Source of the DNA: Oleispira sp.
GTDB lineage: Bacteria; Pseudomonadota; Gammaproteobacteria; Pseudomonadales; Oceanobacteraceae
Length of the DNA: 64,000 nucleotides
Assembly (NCBI GenBank): GCA_016765295.1
Contig: JAESQF010000095.1
Location: 872-64,871 of the forward strand
Reading direction: 5' to 3'
Numbering within the stretch: position 1 is the first letter of the stretch; each line of letters opens with the position of its first letter. The notes below the pieces were generated by a model that worked only from the letters and a program-made list of their open reading frames with translations, had not been told where the DNA came from and ran no database searches. The position numbers and the translations under genes are program-made. Positions 61,517 through 64,000 of the stretch are shown one piece after another.

Positions 61517-64000
61517 ATGACCGATACAACAGTACAAGAGTTCGCCGATGTAGTAGGTACCGATTCCGATCGTCTACTGACTCAAATGAAAGAAGCGGGC
61601 TTACCTCAGACTAATGCAGACGATGCTGTTAGTGCTGACCAAAAAGAGGCCTTATTAGGTCACTTAAAGAAAAATCACGGGGAAGTTGCAGAAACTGAAC
61701 CGAAAAAGATTAGCCTTAAGCGCAAGACAACAAGTACTTTGAAAACGGGTCAGGGCGGCAAGAAAGATGTTGCTGTTGAAGTTCGTAAAAAGCGTACGTT
61801 TGTTAAGTCTGATGCCGACGTAGCCGTTGTTGAAGAAGCAGTTACTGCGGTTAAAGCTGATAAAGTTGCCGTAGTGGATGCGAAAATCGCTACTGAAAAA
61901 GCAACGGTTGAAGCGAAAGCCGCAGCAGCAGCACTTGATGCTGCCGCAGTAGCTCAAGCAGCCGCGAAGGCGAAAGCCGTTGCTGAAGCGAAAAAGATTA
62001 AGCCAGCCGCTAAGCATAAGATTTCTCAGAAATCTCAGTCTGAAGCAAAGGCTCGTGGTAGCGTGAGCTCTACAGCGCGCGTTGCAGCGAAGGCAAAAGT
62101 AGCTGCTAAGCCAAAAGCTGAAGCGAAGCCGAAAGCAACCGCTAGTGCGAAGCCGAAAGCAAGTGTTAAGCCTAAGTTGAGTGCTAAGCCTTTAGCGCGT
62201 GATACGCGTCATAAGAAACCAACGGCTACTGCTGCTGCGAAGATAGTTCCTCCTACTAAGGAAGAGTTGGCGAAGAAGCAAGCAACTGAAGCAGCGAATA
62301 AGAAACGCACTCCAGCAGGCGCTCCTCGCTCAGGTGCTCCTCGCTCAGGTGCTCCAGGTGGTGCTCCTCGTGCTCCAGGTGGTGCTCCACGTTCAGGTGC
62401 TCCTCGTCAGTTCCGTACTGAAGATGGTTCAGCCAATCAACGTGGTCGTCGTAAGAAGCTTAAGGGTAAAGCGGCACGTACTGCACAAGCACAAGCAGAT
62501 AACGAGCACTCGTTTACTAAGCCAACAGCTCCTGTTATTCACCAAGTTGAATTGCCAGAAGCAATTACAGCAGGTGATCTTGCCGCGAAAATGGCAATTA
62601 AAGCCGGTGATGTGATTAAAGCGTTGATGGGTATGGGCGTAATGGCCACCATTAACCAAACTTTAGATCAGGATACAGCAACGTTAGTTGTTGAAGAACT
62701 TGGCCATAAAGTAACTAAGTTGATTTCAGATAATGCGCTTGAAGAAGACGTATTTGAATCAGTAATTTATGAAGCCGATGAAGAGCCTCGTGCGCCAGTA
62801 GTGACAGTAATGGGTCACGTTGACCATGGTAAAACTTCGCTATTGGATCGAATTCGTTCAAGTCGTGTAGCGTCTGGCGAAGCCGGTGGTATTACACAGC
62901 ATATTGGTGCTTATCATGTAGAAACGGGTCATGGCATGATCTCTTTCTTAGATACACCAGGACACGCGGCGTTTACTTCAATGCGTGCTCGTGGTGCTCA
63001 GTGTACTGACGTTGTTATTCTTGTAGTTGCAGCTGATGATGGCGTAATGCCACAGACGAAAGAAGCCGTACAGCATGCGAAAGCGGCGGGCGTTCCTATT
63101 GTTGTTGCGATTAACAAGATGGATAAAGAAGGCGCTGATGTAGATCGTGTTAAAAACGAACTAGCTGCCTGTGATGTGATTCCTGAAGACTGGGGCGGTG
63201 ACGTTCCTTTCATACCAGTATCTGCACATACCGGTGACGGCGTTTCGGAATTATTGGATGCCGTATTATTACAAGCTGAATTGCTTGAGCTGAAAGCGGT
63301 TATTGATGGTCCTGCTCAGGGCGTTGTTGTTGAATCTCGTCTTGATAAAGGCCGTGGTCCAGTGGCTACCTTATTAGTTCAGAATGGCACCTTGAAGAAA
63401 GGCGATATCGTTCTTGCTGGCAATTTTTATGGCCGAGCTCGTGCTTTATTGGATGAGAATGGTAAGCCAACTCCATCGGCTGGCCCTTCTATTCCTGTTG
63501 AAATCTTGGGTATTAATGGTACTCCTGATGCAGGTGCCGCTTTCATCGTTGTTGAAAACGAGAAGAAAGCGCGTGAAGTAGCAGAGCATCGTGAAGCTAC
63601 ACGCAAAGAGCAGATTCAGCAGCGTCAACAGAAAGCGAAACTGGATGCCTTGTTTAATAACATGGGTGGCAGTGAGCAGTCTAACTTGAATATCGTTCTT
63701 AAGACCGATGTTCGTGGTTCTCTGGAGGCATTAACTGCTTCTCTTGAAGCGCTCGGAACTGATGAAGTAAAAGTTAATATCGTATCTTCAGGTGTGGGTG
63801 GTATTAGTGAAACTGACGCGACTTTGGCCTTGGCCTCTGAAGCGGTTGTGTTCGGCTTTAACGTTCGTGCAGATGCATCAGCGAAAAGAGTTATCGAGAA
63901 TAATGGTTTAGATTTACGCTATTACAGTATTATCTATGATCTTATTGATGATATTAGAGCAGCTATGTCTGGTCTGTTGGCTCCTGAATTGCGTGAAGAG
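61517..64000 (+). CDS. infB: Translation initiation factor IF-2 (truncated by window end)
   Basis: AGGAG RBS, ATG 61517 ([10 protein letters not shown]..); [26 protein letters not shown] and NKMD G-domain motifs; open to base 64000. Confidence 0.97.
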   Translation, partial: MTDTTVQEFADVVGTDSDRLLTQMKEAGLPQTNADDAVSADQKEALLGHLKKNHGEVAETEPKKISLKRKTTSTLKTGQGGKKDVAVEVRKKRTFVKSDADVAVVEEAVTAVKADKVAVVDAKIATEKATVEAKAAAAALDAAAVAQAAAKAKAVAEAKKIKPAAKHKISQKSQSEAKARGSVSSTARVAAKAKVAAKPKAEAKPKATASAKPKASVKPKLSAKPLARDTRHKKPTATAAAKIVPPTKEELAKKQATEAANKKRTPAGAPRSGAPRSGAPGGAPRAPGGAPRSGAPRQFRTEDGSANQRGRRKKLKGKAARTAQAQADNEHSFTKPTAPVIHQVELPEAITAGDLAAKMAIKAGDVIKALMGMGVMATINQTLDQDTATLVVEELGHKVTKLISDNALEEDVFESVIYEADEEPRAPVVTVMGHVDHGKTSLLDRIRSSRVASGEAGGITQHIGAYHVETGHGMISFLDTPGHAAFTSMRARGAQCTDVVILVVAADDGVMPQTKEAVQHAKAAGVPIVVAINKMDKEGADVDRVKNELAACDVIPEDWGGDVPFIPVSAHTGDGVSELLDAVLLQAELLELKAVIDGPAQGVVVESRLDKGRGPVATLLVQNGTLKKGDIVLAGNFYGRARALLDENGKPTPSAGPSIPVEILGINGTPDAGAAFIVVENEKKAREVAEHREATRKEQIQQRQQKAKLDALFNNMGGSEQSNLNIVLKTDVRGSLEALTASLEALGTDEVKVNIVSSGVGGISETDATLALASEAVVFGFNVRADASAKRVIENNGLDLRYYSIIYDLIDDIRAAMSGLLAPELREE
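62318..62410 (+). repeat. Coding tandem repeat inside infB (GAPRS/GAPG units)
   Basis: GGTGCTCCTCGCTCA-type units encoding [31 protein letters not shown]. Confidence 0.85.

Noticed and set aside
62318-62410. CRISPR-like repeats
   Set aside because: In-frame coding repeats of infB with no unique spacers and no cas genes.
759-63628. Numerous short ORFs in the track antisense to or overlapping the called genes (e.g. 759-995, 1298-1612, 32885-33249, 61664-63628)
   Set aside because: Shadow ORFs of well-supported genes, with no recognisable motifs.

Overview
A 64-kb chromosomal window from an AT-rich marine-type gammaproteobacterium. Gene content and synteny suggest Oceanospirillales (Oleispira-like); this is inference. 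About 1-31.7 kb is an accessory patchwork: a lipoprotein CpdB with a Pho-box promoter, three LysR/oxidoreductase pairs, an AraC/metal-hydrolase pair, a Crp/Fnr-NAT-EamA unit, kefF-kefB with a nonsense codon, a heme-c MCP, a GlyGly-CTERM cyclophilin and several pseudogene fragments. About 31.7-64 kb is mostly core genes: tatCBA-hinT-hisEI, ubiBJE, holA-lptE-leuS, moaA, lnt-corC, KAS III, yhbY, rlmE-ftsH-folP-glmM-tpiA-secG-tRNA-Leu-rimP-nusA-infB (infB partial). No CRISPR array, prophage, transposase or rRNA was seen. The most striking non-coding signal is the 39.06-39.50 kb intergenic region. It holds two DnaA-box cores exactly 200 bp apart, each with the box I-5bp-box II-3bp-box III geometry of E. 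coli DARS elements. Each core is followed by a Fis-consensus site, and an IHF-like site lies between them, making this a candidate tandem DnaA-reactivating locus. Other notable signals are twin class-II Crp/Fnr promoters with a TAAACCTAGGTTTA operator, a MITE-like insert carrying two CsrA-type hairpins and an 11-bp flanking direct repeat, an unlisted 56-aa ORF, and a candidate sRNA in the yhbY 3' region.
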